Of a stretch of DNA of 64,000 bases, positions 48,308 to 59,394 are shown piece after piece (the stretch's first letter is position 1; each line of letters opens with the position of its first letter). The notes below the pieces were generated by a model. It saw nothing but the letters and a program-made list of their open reading frames with translations. It ran no database searches and was not told where the DNA came from. The position numbers and the translations under genes are program-made. Source of the stretch: a virus (lineage: Duplodnaviria; Heunggongvirae; Uroviricota; Caudoviricetes); IMG/VR virus record IMGVR_UViG_3300048599_000194, positions 64,001-128,000 of that record. One strand, 5' to 3'.

Positions 48308-50221
48308 ATGAGTTGGACTTCTTTCAGTGCATTACAAAATAACGAATGGTGGGGCGTATATAAGGCTCCGAATGGGACAATATACGCCGCAGATACAGGA
48401 GGAGTTAGTTATATTTACTCATCAGAAGATGGGGGATTGACCTGGAATTCATGTTCGGCAGATGGTGGATGGAATGGATTATCTGGAGATAGTGCTGGTA
48501 ATGTATATGCCGTGTGGAATATGAATTATGTGTATAAATTGGTTAATGGGGCATTTACTGCATTAACATCGTCCGGTTCTAGGGCCTGGTACGATATAGA
48601 TTGCACTCCAAGTGGAGATATTTACGCAGTTGCTTGGGGTGATTATATTTACAAATCTATTGATCATGGAGTCACTTGGACTCCTATTATATCTGCAGGA
48701 CAGGGGTCGTGGTCGTCAATTGACGCACGAATTCCAAATAGGATACGAGCAATTAGAAGCGGCGGTGTGGTATATGAATCGCTAGATTCAGGAGTTACCT
48801 GGAATGTATCATCGTTTTCAGGGACACGCCAGTTCTTTAGGATGAGATCAGCTCCAGATGGAACAATTTATTCTAATGAACTATACGGAAGTTTGTTAAT
48901 TTCTAAAGACAATGGCTCTACTTGGACTTCAATTGCACCTCCAACTGGAACAGGTACTATATGGTCGATTCATCCATTATCATCCAAATCTGCATTAATT
49001 GGAATGTCTGTTGGACCCTTACTCACATACACTGAAGATGTAATAATATATAATGACGCAGTTACAGTGACTCTCGGCAATTATACTGGAACTACATACT
49101 ATACCTTGGACGGATCTAATCCACTAGACATAAAAAATATTGCACGTCGAATCTACGTTGAACCATTTAAGGTTTTGCCAATTGGATCAAATGTAGTAAA
49201 TCTACACATAGCAACTATACAACCTGGACATAAGTCAGCAAATACATATCCGGACAATCCTACTGTAATTGAATTCTCATTTACATGTAATCCTTGGAGA
49301 ATTTCAGAAAGTTCTATGGATTACGGAGTTGCAACCGTAACTGAAGTAGATACTCTTAAAATATATACAGGTGCATCATTAGAGAGAAGTAAAGGATTTA
49401 CTGGTGATTATTTCTATGGATTTGACATATTGAATGCAATTGGTAATTCGAGTTTAGTATTTGGATTGAAATCTTACTTAGGTGTAGTTAATAATTTATC
49501 TGAAGGTGAATACACAACTAAATGGAAATCTCCGAGTTTAACATTTTTAGATAGAGTAGATGACGTAATAACGTGTTGTGTTGGATATCGAAAAGGGCTA
49601 GAGGATAAGAATCACTTTGACGAAATTGGTAGATTTGATTGGAACATAAATGAACCGTTGCCAGTAATTGCATATTTCAAAGACGAGATAGTAACACCTA
49701 ATAATTCAATTGTGTATAAAGCAAGCGAGCTACACGAAAGAGTATCAATTGATGGCGATGCATATCTAGATGAATTATATGGAGTTAAAGTATCTTCAGG
49801 AACTCCAAAAAATATCATAGTATATGATATCCCGGCGAATACTAAGGTATTTGTATATGTTGACATGGATAATATCCCAGATTCATCTGACATATTCATA
49901 ACAAAAAAAGGAAATGCCCCTGGTAGTGAATTAGTTATTTCTACCACATGGGGACTATTTGAAATGGACGATGTATATAAGTTAAAAGAGGAAGCCACTA
50001 TTAGTATATATAAAGGTGACGGTGCCATATTATCAAAACTAGATAATTTTACTGCATATAGAACTTCAAGAAATATCAAATTAAGAGTGAATGGATTAGA
50101 AACTGAATATGTACGAGCATCAAACGTAAACTTGGATTACATAATGATGAATCTAATGGAAGTTAATTCCGAATTAGATTCATGTGTTGAGATTGGAAAT
50201 GTAAAGGGCGGATGCCTCTAA
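48308..50221 (+). CDS. Asp-box (BNR) beta-propeller + Fn3-associated domain protein, candidate receptor-binding protein
   Basis: SEDGGLTW, SIDHGVTW, SLDSGVTW, SKDNGSTW; YYTLDGSNP. Confidence 0.75.
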   Translation: MSWTSFSALQNNEWWGVYKAPNGTIYAADTGGVSYIYSSEDGGLTWNSCSADGGWNGLSGDSAGNVYAVWNMNYVYKLVNGAFTALTSSGSRAWYDIDCTPSGDIYAVAWGDYIYKSIDHGVTWTPIISAGQGSWSSIDARIPNRIRAIRSGGVVYESLDSGVTWNVSSFSGTRQFFRMRSAPDGTIYSNELYGSLLISKDNGSTWTSIAPPTGTGTIWSIHPLSSKSALIGMSVGPLLTYTEDVIIYNDAVTVTLGNYTGTTYYTLDGSNPLDIKNIARRIYVEPFKVLPIGSNVVNLHIATIQPGHKSANTYPDNPTVIEFSFTCNPWRISESSMDYGVATVTEVDTLKIYTGASLERSKGFTGDYFYGFDILNAIGNSSLVFGLKSYLGVVNNLSEGEYTTKWKSPSLTFLDRVDDVITCCVGYRKGLEDKNHFDEIGRFDWNINEPLPVIAYFKDEIVTPNNSIVYKASELHERVSIDGDAYLDELYGVKVSSGTPKNIIVYDIPANTKVFVYVDMDNIPDSSDIFITKKGNAPGSELVISTTWGLFEMDDVYKLKEEATISIYKGDGAILSKLDNFTAYRTSRNIKLRVNGLETEYVRASNVNLDYIMMNLMEVNSELDSCVEIGNVKGGCL

Positions 50222-52524
50222 CCATTCTTAGTAGTTATTGTTATTCCATTTACTACATCTAGTTCAATTTGGGCGATTTCGTTTGGTTGAGTGAAATTAG
50301 AAATATCACCAAACTCAGTAATTAAATATTTTGCGGTATAATAGTCAGTGTCATTTCTTAATTGAACAGCCCACCTGATGAAGGTGTCATATATCAATTC
50401 ACTAAAATCACTGTTTATTAATCCACCATTCTCAATTGGCTTTTGGAATTCTGTGTTTAAGAAGTCAGAAACGCTCTTAATTTTTCCACCTACTATTAAT
50501 GGATTAAGAAGCATTCTACCTAAAGTATTTTCCCACGCATAGTTTATGAAGTTAGCTACATTTGCTTCATACATTTTAGATTCATTAAGTAATGTACTAC
50601 CTGGGTATCCAAATGTATCAAACATTTTGGTTAAGAACATGGACTTCAATAGTGTTCCATTTGAGGTAAATTCCGGGAACAATATTGAGGTTGGATATAG
50701 AGATTGTAATTTATACATTGATGCGAACAAATCATCGACCACACTTAAACTCTGACCCATTAATATATCTAGATACTTAGAATCAGACGGTAATTCGGCG
50801 TATGGTTCAAATGATACGTGACAACCAACAATTGACTTTAGAGATTCAATGATCTTAATTATCTTCGATGAGTATATTGGGAAGTTGAAATGAGTATTAT
50901 CTTTCAAATAAGCAAATGATTTTTGCTGAATATCTGAAGCGATAGTGTTTTTATTTGATATTGGAGACACGAACACCTCGACATTCATATTGTACTTATG
51001 TACCTTTGATGGGAAGTAGATGTGTCTAACTGTAGTTTGACCCTTGCGTTTAAGCGTCCTTAAAATATATCCAATCTCTGAAGTAGTGTCGATATTTTGC
51101 TTACTTAGTCTAAAAACTGACCCAAGGCTATTAACATATTGTTCATATTTTGATTGAGTAGATACGTCGTTTTCAATTGAAGATAGATTGAAGCGAGAAT
51201 CGAAAGTGGCCTTTATGTTACTAGTGACAGTACCAGCGTCCTGTATGCTCTGTGCAACCCCTAGAGTGTTGAACCCACTAAGAATATACTCAGATGGGTA
51301 GGACGGGCGCAAAGAGCCTACAGTCCCCGTATAAAGGCTATTAATGGCAGTGAACATTACCGTATTGAAATAACGATAATCACCTGCACCCATTTGATCC
51401 TCGCCAAATGCAAGTGCATGGGCCACGTTAGGCATAGTTAGAAGAATAGCTTTATAGTCATCGGTTGTAACCGCTCTATCCAATGCCGCAAATATTTTTG
51501 GAGAGTTATACCTAATTGAATCAATCGATTCGATATCAGCACCCCCAACTGCGCTTTCATCTAGGTAGAATGAAATATTATCTAATCCAATTGAGTTTAC
51601 TGGATATGATTCAATGTCAATATTTTGAGCGTCGATTTTCAGGTCTTTTGAATTGTATAAATTCCCTGAAACTCCAGCAGTAGATAGATAAGTAACTTCG
51701 ATTTCTCCACTAGGGATTGCTGAAATAATTCCATCTCCGAATAGGATCTGAACATTTCCTTCAGCATTTGTTGAAATAAAGCATTTATAGTTTGTGCTTT
51801 TTATTAATTTTCCGCCATTCATTGACGGAGCCGTTGATTGATCTGCATTGTATAGAGATCGCCTATCTATTTCCCATGCAACACCATCAACTTTAACTAC
51901 CGTTATTCTGTTTTCTGGTACTTGATCATATAGAGGATCAGAATCCCCGAAATATTCAGAAAAAGTTGGATCTGCGATTTCAAAAGACTGAAATATCTTG
52001 CCTTCTTCGGCATTGAAGGTTGCTGTTTTTAGATATCCCTGGATAATACCAGCACCTGCAGTCGGAGCTACTACTTTACCTGTGGCATCCCACTTAAAGG
52101 TATAATCGTCAAGAGTAATGAATGGATACGAATTAATTGAAAGGGCTGACTTTTTCTTTATGGTGAAAGATCCAGAGTAGTGGGAAACGGTTCCCTCCAA
52201 AACGACATAGAACGAGGATCCAGCGGGAACTGGTCGTCTAATTGAATATCCCTTACTAGCCGCATCAACTAGAGCAGATGACAATTTTGTTGCAAGCGGC
52301 GAGTAACTTTCTAACAATCCACTTTCTATTCCACGATACAGTAATTCAGTATATGCTGAGAATAGTTCATGTAGCATTCTACCAGTACTTGAATTAAAGA
52401 AATCCTGAAGTCTTGGTGTTTGCAGATTTAATATGGCTGATACTTGAGATAACGTATCTTCATATGAAATCTTACTATAGTTTAGGAATTTGTCGTTTCG
52501 ACTGTCAACTTGCTCAGTGGCCAT
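50218..52524 (-). CDS. gp6: Baseplate wedge subunit
   Basis: GYSIRR, FGDGII..IP, GGADIESIDSIRYNSPKIFAALDRAVTTDDY. Confidence 0.92.
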   Translation of the reverse strand: MATEQVDSRNDKFLNYSKISYEDTLSQVSAILNLQTPRLQDFFNSSTGRMLHELFSAYTELLYRGIESGLLESYSPLATKLSSALVDAASKGYSIRRPVPAGSSFYVVLEGTVSHYSGSFTIKKKSALSINSYPFITLDDYTFKWDATGKVVAPTAGAGIIQGYLKTATFNAEEGKIFQSFEIADPTFSEYFGDSDPLYDQVPENRITVVKVDGVAWEIDRRSLYNADQSTAPSMNGGKLIKSTNYKCFISTNAEGNVQILFGDGIISAIPSGEIEVTYLSTAGVSGNLYNSKDLKIDAQNIDIESYPVNSIGLDNISFYLDESAVGGADIESIDSIRYNSPKIFAALDRAVTTDDYKAILLTMPNVAHALAFGEDQMGAGDYRYFNTVMFTAINSLYTGTVGSLRPSYPSEYILSGFNTLGVAQSIQDAGTVTSNIKATFDSRFNLSSIENDVSTQSKYEQYVNSLGSVFRLSKQNIDTTSEIGYILRTLKRKGQTTVRHIYFPSKVHKYNMNVEVFVSPISNKNTIASDIQQKSFAYLKDNTHFNFPIYSSKIIKIIESLKSIVGCHVSFEPYAELPSDSKYLDILMGQSLSVVDDLFASMYKLQSLYPTSILFPEFTSNGTLLKSMFLTKMFDTFGYPGSTLLNESKMYEANVANFINYAWENTLGRMLLNPLIVGGKIKSVSDFLNTEFQKPIENGGLINSDFSELIYDTFIRWAVQLRNDTDYYTAKYLITEFGDISNFTQPNEIAQIELDVVNGITITTKNG

Positions 52525-52539
52525 GCATGATATTTAGAA

Positions 52540-54366
52540 TTAACCTGAGTATCTATTCATGTCTTTTTTCAATTGAGCTAGATTTCCTTTTTCTAGTTTC
52601 AATTGCTGTCTAAGTGTAGATAGTGACCCAAATATGGATTTGGCACTATATTCCAATTCAGCAAGTGCAACGACACTTAATCTAAGTGCAATAGTAGACA
52701 AGAAAATAGCATTATCCAAAAAACTAGTAAGAGATGTAAAACCTAAACCAATTAAGGATGATTCATTATTCTTAATTCGCTGTTCAATGAGTCTAATTCT
52801 ATATTCGCATCGCTTAACTGCATTCTTTTTAATCGTATATGCAAGTCCACTAGGATATGGAATCATGGAATACATTTTAGACATTGAATATTCCTGATGT
52901 TCTTTCAACATGGATTCGGTTTGAACTAATTTCTCAACGCTAGATATTTTATAGTTTAGTGTTCTAGACAAGATTGAATAGAAATTCTTTGTTTTTATTC
53001 TATATACATATTCTTTGTCTTTGAACCCAAAAAACAAATCAGTATTTACTTGTTGCGATTGCATAATGGCCGCAATCGCATCTAACGTAGCCTGATCAAT
53101 GTCATTGAAAGTATCATCATATTCACTACTAGCTGGATCGCTCGCAAACAAATTACCAGTTCTTAACAAATTTTTAATTTCTTCAGTTTGCGTATCTATC
53201 TGCGAGCCTAGTTTATCAACAGCTTCTTCGTAGTCAGTAGAATTTTCTGTAGATGTTATTGATGATGTTGAAGATGTTGATTTATTTGGATCATAACTAC
53301 GAAGAAGTGTAACTTCACTCATTCTCCTAGCTTTAATGTCACTAACTAGATTGATAGCCTTCGTTTCAATATATCTAGCTAGATCTGTCGCTATATTTAA
53401 TGACGTTGTCAGTATATTCTTAATATTCGTAATATCAGTAGTATTTTCTGCAGTTGCTAAATTCTTTCCAAACAAATACGATACTATTGCAGTTGATATT
53501 TCAGTAGGATATTTCTTTGTATCTATAGAATGCTGATTACTTAAATACGATATTATTGCTTGAATCTGAACCCCTAATATTGCAGTTGCAATAGCTTCAG
53601 AAATTTCAACTGTAGTATTATTTGAATACAATTCATATGCTTTTGATCCACTAACTCCATTAAATAATGCTAATTTATCTGCAATGTCGCTAGATACTCC
53701 TGCACTTGATAATAAATCTCTTAATGGATAATCACCTTTTAATGAAGAAAAATCAGATAGATTCAACGCATATCCAATATATACCTTAGTTAGATCTGTA
53801 TGTACTATGGCATTTCCTGATTCCAAGTTACTAGAAGTTCCTGCATCTTCAGTCATATCATATGCAGGGTGATGTGCTGTTATATCGGAATATATAATTA
53901 CTTCATCGCCATCAGGTGAAATAGAGCCTTCAACCCCAACAGGACTTTTATTTGCATCGAAATGCATAGGATCCCATTTTGATGGAGTGGATGGGTAAAA
54001 ATCACCACCCCACCTACACCCATTACTTTTTGCAGTATTTCCGAGAAGTGATGAATATATGTCATGTAGTGAGTAAGTTTGACCTCCTATTGTATAGGGG
54101 GTACTTTGGCTTTTACAATTAGGAAAAGTACCAGTAACAATTGTGATCCCGTCCAAAATAATATTCAGATCACATGCCAATCCATAGAAGTGCATTGACT
54201 TCCTTCCAGGAATTGGATTTCTCCTAACTGATGTAATCGCAACAGTTACTGTATGACCATTCCATGTACTTGGAATCGAATCAATCACAGATAACGCAAT
54301 TGCTTTCCATGAAGGCTCAAACATACCCGACGATGTTCCATTGAACCAATTAACTATTTGTGCCAT
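52540..54366 (-). CDS. Tail-associated lysin: M15 Zn-peptidase + pesticin-like muramidase + coiled coil
   Basis: SVRR..SMHFYGLACD..RWGGDF..WDPMHFD; VYIGYALNLS..AGVS..L....GVSGSKA..TAIVS..RRMSEV. Confidence 0.7.
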   Translation of the reverse strand: MAQIVNWFNGTSSGMFEPSWKAIALSVIDSIPSTWNGHTVTVAITSVRRNPIPGRKSMHFYGLACDLNIILDGITIVTGTFPNCKSQSTPYTIGGQTYSLHDIYSSLLGNTAKSNGCRWGGDFYPSTPSKWDPMHFDANKSPVGVEGSISPDGDEVIIYSDITAHHPAYDMTEDAGTSSNLESGNAIVHTDLTKVYIGYALNLSDFSSLKGDYPLRDLLSSAGVSSDIADKLALFNGVSGSKAYELYSNNTTVEISEAIATAILGVQIQAIISYLSNQHSIDTKKYPTEISTAIVSYLFGKNLATAENTTDITNIKNILTTSLNIATDLARYIETKAINLVSDIKARRMSEVTLLRSYDPNKSTSSTSSITSTENSTDYEEAVDKLGSQIDTQTEEIKNLLRTGNLFASDPASSEYDDTFNDIDQATLDAIAAIMQSQQVNTDLFFGFKDKEYVYRIKTKNFYSILSRTLNYKISSVEKLVQTESMLKEHQEYSMSKMYSMIPYPSGLAYTIKKNAVKRCEYRIRLIEQRIKNNESSLIGLGFTSLTSFLDNAIFLSTIALRLSVVALAELEYSAKSIFGSLSTLRQQLKLEKGNLAQLKKDMNRYSG

Positions 54367-55790
54367 TAATATACCGCCTTTAGTTTGGACGAATAAGGCA
54401 GAATACCCTTTAAGAAATCAATATTGACATGTCCATCTGCGGCTTCTACGCTTGCAATTTCACCATTATTTCCAAATGTTTCTGCAAAAATTGAATTTAT
54501 GTATTTCGTGAGATTATCATTTGCTTTTACTAGTGGATTAATCCATTTTCCGAATCTACTTAATTCTAATTCAGCAAGTAACTCGCTTACTTGATTGTTA
54601 ATATTTCCACAAATATATGAGTTACACCCATTCATTGAATCTAAGATATTCACAACGTCCAATATAGAATACCTGCGTCTTTTTATTACACCGTCTTCAA
54701 ATTTAGAACTACCACAGTCTGGAAATAACCACCCAATGGTACTATTGACTAAAATTCCAAGCAATCGACTTCTAGTTCTTAAGAAATTATTATATCGGTC
54801 TTCTAACTTATGTAATGGAGCCATTGCTTTTTCATATACATTAGCGATTCCATATTGAACATATGAACGACCAAGCTCGTTCAGTTTCTTGGCTCCATTA
54901 AACAACCCATTAAATGGGTTAAATTTATTAAGTAAATCATTTATCTCATCCACGTCGATTAATTTAATTGCTTTCCTTCGTTCAAGGAAAGCAATGACAT
55001 CGGAAGCTGAACAAAAATGAAGATCTTCACTTTCGCTCGACATTCCAATCTTATTGAAAACTGACCTCATACTATTAGAAGAACATGGATTTACTAGTTG
55101 ATTAAACAAGTCGATCATAGGTCCAGATACTACTTCACAATTTTTCAAAAAATTCTCAACGTCATCCAGAAATGAAAATAAATCATTTAATTTGAATGTA
55201 AATGTTACATCTAAGGAACCGGAACTATCTTGCATTCCCTGTAAAAATGCGCCGAAACAATCGAACAGTTTATTCGTTAAGCTATTAGCAATATCCTTTA
55301 TTTTTTGTATTATCTTATATAGTGCATTTAATATTGTCAGGGGAATAGAAATTATTGATTTTATTGCCATTAGTAAAATTTGCATAGAAGGGGCCAATAC
55401 CCCGCAATAAAAACCTCGAATATTAAGACCTAATGGAGAGTTCATAACAGATCCAACAACACGACGACCAAATGATTTAACTGAGTCAATTGCATTGTTT
55501 ATTGAATCCATAGATGAAGAAACAAATTTCATTATCGCATTGTTCTTAAGTAAACTTCCAATTTCGTCTAATATGTTAGTTGAACAGTCACCAGATACTG
55601 AAGAGGCAATTGCACCCATCGCAGATGATCCAAATTGATAGCACTTGTCTATCTTGATATTATCGCTAAAATTCTCAACTTTAGCTATTTGGCGACCAAG
55701 ATAATTCCTATTAGTTACATCAGATGAAATACTCCCTGCGGAATATCCGTCTTTAGTTATGTTTACAATCGTAACATCAATAATGCCCAT
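54366..55790 (-). CDS. Hypothetical Cys-containing helical baseplate-hub protein
   Basis: 474 aa between gp5-like and lysin genes; TAAATA 5 nt upstream. Confidence 0.6.
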   Translation of the reverse strand: MGIIDVTIVNITKDGYSAGSISSDVTNRNYLGRQIAKVENFSDNIKIDKCYQFGSSAMGAIASSVSGDCSTNILDEIGSLLKNNAIMKFVSSSMDSINNAIDSVKSFGRRVVGSVMNSPLGLNIRGFYCGVLAPSMQILLMAIKSIISIPLTILNALYKIIQKIKDIANSLTNKLFDCFGAFLQGMQDSSGSLDVTFTFKLNDLFSFLDDVENFLKNCEVVSGPMIDLFNQLVNPCSSNSMRSVFNKIGMSSESEDLHFCSASDVIAFLERRKAIKLIDVDEINDLLNKFNPFNGLFNGAKKLNELGRSYVQYGIANVYEKAMAPLHKLEDRYNNFLRTRSRLLGILVNSTIGWLFPDCGSSKFEDGVIKRRRYSILDVVNILDSMNGCNSYICGNINNQVSELLAELELSRFGKWINPLVKANDNLTKYINSIFAETFGNNGEIASVEAADGHVNIDFLKGILPYSSKLKAVY

Positions 55791-55803
55791 TTAATTATTT
55801 ATC

Positions 55804-56424
55804 CTATGCTCCTGGCATTGCAGACACCAACAAATAATCGCTTCCTCCAATATGTGGACCTTTTGTATAAGGGCATATTGATGCTTCCGTTATTACTCTA
55901 AATTTAGGCAATGGAATTCCACCTGGGCCGGATTCATGACTTAATACACCTTCCTTATCAATGGTGAATTTCGCCCCACTAGAATGATCAATAACGTAAT
56001 TACCTGTTGATTTATTATATGAAATTGTAGTTCCATCCTGGGAATTGTAAATTTCTTGATTTTGTTGTTTGCTTTGCTTCTGCCCTTTAGTTACTAAAGA
56101 ATCACCTTTTGCCTTTGATGGATTACCCCATATCGGAAAATGAATGTCTCCATTTTCAAATGTAATATCAACATATGTTCCAGCCGCTGGAATTGGGTAT
56201 GTTCCACTACCTCTAGCCCAAGGCTGTGCTTTATTTGGTAAAGAATCAGTAAGCCCGAATATTTTAACTCGAATATATTGAGACTTCCTAGTATCAGTCT
56301 TACATTTGGTAACTATTCCTCGATATACTCCAGTGAATTTAGTCATCGAATCATTTAATATGCTAGTTTTTAATTTTTCAAATCCACTAGTTTTCAAATC
56401 ATCTTGTACGTTAATGTTTGCCAT
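55804..56424 (-). CDS. gp5: Short baseplate spike (gp5/VgrG OB-fold, no lysozyme domain)
   Basis: YRGIV, IRVKIFG, PWA, P..GTYV.I.FENGD..FPIW; short beta repeats; C-terminal C...H (CPYTKGPH). Confidence 0.8.
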   Translation of the reverse strand: MANINVQDDLKTSGFEKLKTSILNDSMTKFTGVYRGIVTKCKTDTRKSQYIRVKIFGLTDSLPNKAQPWARGSGTYPIPAAGTYVDITFENGDIHFPIWGNPSKAKGDSLVTKGQKQSKQQNQEIYNSQDGTTISYNKSTGNYVIDHSSGAKFTIDKEGVLSHESGPGGIPLPKFRVITEASICPYTKGPHIGGSDYLLVSAMPGA

Positions 56425-56428
56425 AGTT

Positions 56429-57607
56429 TTAATCCTGACCTAAATTAGAAGAATTAGACATCAATTGTATTGTTGTTTGAAATGAACACATTCCCGATGA
56501 CATATCTCGCTTAAAGTGATAACCTTTGCGCATTACTAAGTATTTACCCGAAGTCATCTTAGTTTTATTGAATTTACCTTCATTGTTTATTGACCCATCA
56601 ATAACTTCAACGACATCACCCGCCTGAGTAAAAGTCTCATTATCACATGTGATGGTTAAATTCAATGAGTAAGATGCAATTACGGCTCGCCTATATGAAG
56701 GGGCAATTGGATATTTTTCATACACTTGCGGCGAGTTACTTGGTTGATATACAATGACATTAACTCCACCATCTCTAGTTGTCGATCCAGTGCTTATTGT
56801 TTTTGAAGTTGCTTCCATCTTATTTTTCGATGAATTAGCCTTAACTTCTCTTAATTCAATTGTCGATGCTTCTTTAGTAAATCCAGACTGATTCGTAAAC
56901 TGCTTATCTCTAAAATAGATAACTGGATTAGATACACCATCTACCATCAATTTACCATTATTCATTGCCGCATTGATGTAGTTATGAGGACTAACCATAA
57001 AAGTACTTTTTGCTTTGCCTTGAAATTTCTCCTTTATTCCATATAACCCAACACCTCCATCTAATCTAATATTGTAGATAAGGGCACTGTCTTGTATGAA
57101 AGACCTATCGCATATGTAGTTTATTGCCGTCAAGAAATTATGATTTACTATTAACCATGACATTGAATCTTGAGTATTTACGTTTGATTCAACATTTAAT
57201 GTAATTGATTTCTTTTTACATATGTCTTTAATTACAGCTAAACTGGTTTGATCTTGATACCCAGTGGGGGGTATTAAACTCAATAGATTACCATTATTTC
57301 CTCGTAATATGAATATCAATTCTATTTCGTGGGTTGAATTATCTATTTTACTGTTTTTAATTATACTTGATACGATCTCCGCCTTAAATATTATCTCAGA
57401 TTTGTCGTTCCCGTCATATGTTCCCATAGTTATTTCAATTTCAGTATATTCCTTGAAATCGTAATTAGCATCTACTAGCTTCATTTTATCATTAAATATT
57501 ATTCTACCCCAAGGAAAATACCCTAAATTTTCGTAGATTGCGCACTCAATAATTGAGCTACTATCCATTGCTAATGTTCCGAGCCTAAAATAGCACGCTG
57601 ATTGCAT
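56429..57607 (-). CDS. Baseplate hub protein (gp27-like)
   Basis: IYENL..F..G.I...D, AGDVVEV, SGKYLV....HF; directly upstream of gp5. Confidence 0.7.
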   Translation of the reverse strand: MQSACYFRLGTLAMDSSSIIECAIYENLGYFPWGRIIFNDKMKLVDANYDFKEYTEIEITMGTYDGNDKSEIIFKAEIVSSIIKNSKIDNSTHEIELIFILRGNNGNLLSLIPPTGYQDQTSLAVIKDICKKKSITLNVESNVNTQDSMSWLIVNHNFLTAINYICDRSFIQDSALIYNIRLDGGVGLYGIKEKFQGKAKSTFMVSPHNYINAAMNNGKLMVDGVSNPVIYFRDKQFTNQSGFTKEASTIELREVKANSSKNKMEATSKTISTGSTTRDGGVNVIVYQPSNSPQVYEKYPIAPSYRRAVIASYSLNLTITCDNETFTQAGDVVEVIDGSINNEGKFNKTKMTSGKYLVMRKGYHFKRDMSSGMCSFQTTIQLMSNSSNLGQD

Positions 57608-57954
57608 TATCTATTCCCTGTTACTTTTAATATGTATTCATTGATGTCACTAATTGAAGGTATTACTATCCTTCTACCTAGATACAGATCTGTGATTATG
57701 TTATCTACATTTGGCTTTCCTTGTCGAATTCTAAACGTATCCCTCATCACCATTGGTATTCTAACATTATTAGCCTTTGCAATTGCCCACCACAGTCTAA
57801 AATCAGAATACTGTAACTGAGCTATAACCCAAGGCTTGCCTACTAATTGCTGGGTTATGGTTAATACGTTTAATGATCTCAGTTCAAAGGTATCTGGAGA
57901 TGATAATAAATCCAAGCCTTCTTTATCATACACGAATAAATCTCCATAGTTCAT
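57607..57954 (-). CDS. Baseplate wedge protein gp53 / LysM-like
   Basis: GKPWVIAQLQYSDFRLWWAIAKANN...G..IVIPS. Confidence 0.75.
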   Translation of the reverse strand: MNYGDLFVYDKEGLDLLSSPDTFELRSLNVLTITQQLVGKPWVIAQLQYSDFRLWWAIAKANNVRIPMVMRDTFRIRQGKPNVDNIITDLYLGRRIVIPSISDINEYILKVTGNR

Positions 57955-57957
57955 TTA

Positions 57958-59346
57958 TTACACCTTCTGTTTATTGTTGAAAATTGGAGCACCTGCGAAT
58001 AGCTGATTAGGTGCTTGAATTGCATTGGTTGCATTCACTTGATAATAATCAAATCCAATATCTATAGTGACAATTACAGGATCTCCATCTATTGTTTCAC
58101 GCGAAGCAGTTACACCGAATGACGTGATGATTAATGGACTAAATCTATATTTTAGTGATCCTTTATAGTCGTAGATTTCAAGACACACTTTAGGTGGATT
58201 TTTAGCAAATGAATCAACTAATCCTTTAATAAGATCTGAACCTGCCGATAATAGAGTACCTCCTGCTTTTATTAGATTAGCCCCTGGTAAATTATCGAAA
58301 GCTCCTTCTTCTTTAGCAGGCGTTGAAGCAGTGCCACCTCCATCAATAATTGCCGCTGAAGGGTCGGTTGGAACTGAGGATGTTGAGTTGTCGTACCAGT
58401 GTACAGAATTAATATCACTTCCTATCGAAGAAGAATTTAATTGCATTTTAGATCTAGCTTTGGCCGCAGTAAGAACAGTGAAGTCGAGATCGGATGATGC
58501 AGTTAATTTTGATACTGCAGTGTCGAAATAATCAGAGTCTTGCTTGACTAACCCTTCTGCAACTACAGTTGTATATATTTCGTTTAGGTCGGTCCATCCA
58601 TTATTCCCCGAATATTGATTTGCTATTTTAGATGCTTCTTGCCAGTTACTAGCATCTGCCGCAGTTTTTGCTCTCTTTAGATCATTGCTCATTTTTATTA
58701 TAGCCGCCGTATGTTTTCCACACATCTTTACTATTTCGACATAGGCGGCTTCTGTTGCGGCTTTTTCTGCGGTGGTAGGGTCATTCTGTCGAGTGCTTAC
58801 CTGGGGATTATCATTTGAATTCCACACGCTAGTAGGCCATCCCAGATAGCATAGGGCCTGAATAGCCTCAAACCACCCTGACATATGAGGAGTATACCAT
58901 TTGAATTGAACCGCAAATCCATTTAGATTAGATCCGCCATACATCTTTTTGCTGGCAGGTCCAGTTCCACCTAATGTATAGCCCAATACATTCATCACAG
59001 TATTTGCGAATTTCAACATTGCCGCGCCATTTAATGAAGTTTTTGCACTGGCCTCAGCCTTCACGCCTGCATTAACTCCTGTAGTCGTACCTCCGCCGAT
59101 ATTAACACCCTTTAATGCATCAGTAAATCCGTAGAAGCTAGTTGTCTTCCAATCATTCACCGCTTGTAACTTAATATCACCTTGCACTATACCCTCTAAG
59201 TATAAATTACCGAATGGATTTTTTGTGTCGGTTCCAATATTAGTCCCAGTTGCCTCTCCAATAGATTGTTTCAGCTTTGCGACAAATGCTTCAAATCCGC
59301 CAATCGCCTCAGGGTCTTCGCAATATACTTTACCTTTTAATGACAT
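57958..59346 (-). CDS. Baseplate-tail tube cap (gp48-like) with central insertion
   Basis: KMYGG..F.VQFKWY..; PPKVCLEI..FSPLIITSF.V...DGDP..VTIDIGF. Confidence 0.6.
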   Translation of the reverse strand: MSLKGKVYCEDPEAIGGFEAFVAKLKQSIGEATGTNIGTDTKNPFGNLYLEGIVQGDIKLQAVNDWKTTSFYGFTDALKGVNIGGGTTTGVNAGVKAEASAKTSLNGAAMLKFANTVMNVLGYTLGGTGPASKKMYGGSNLNGFAVQFKWYTPHMSGWFEAIQALCYLGWPTSVWNSNDNPQVSTRQNDPTTAEKAATEAAYVEIVKMCGKHTAAIIKMSNDLKRAKTAADASNWQEASKIANQYSGNNGWTDLNEIYTTVVAEGLVKQDSDYFDTAVSKLTASSDLDFTVLTAAKARSKMQLNSSSIGSDINSVHWYDNSTSSVPTDPSAAIIDGGGTASTPAKEEGAFDNLPGANLIKAGGTLLSAGSDLIKGLVDSFAKNPPKVCLEIYDYKGSLKYRFSPLIITSFGVTASRETIDGDPVIVTIDIGFDYYQVNATNAIQAPNQLFAGAPIFNNKQKV

Positions 59347-59394
59347 GTAAATTATTTAGTTTCTGAGATAATAAATAAAAACCGAGGAAATCAT

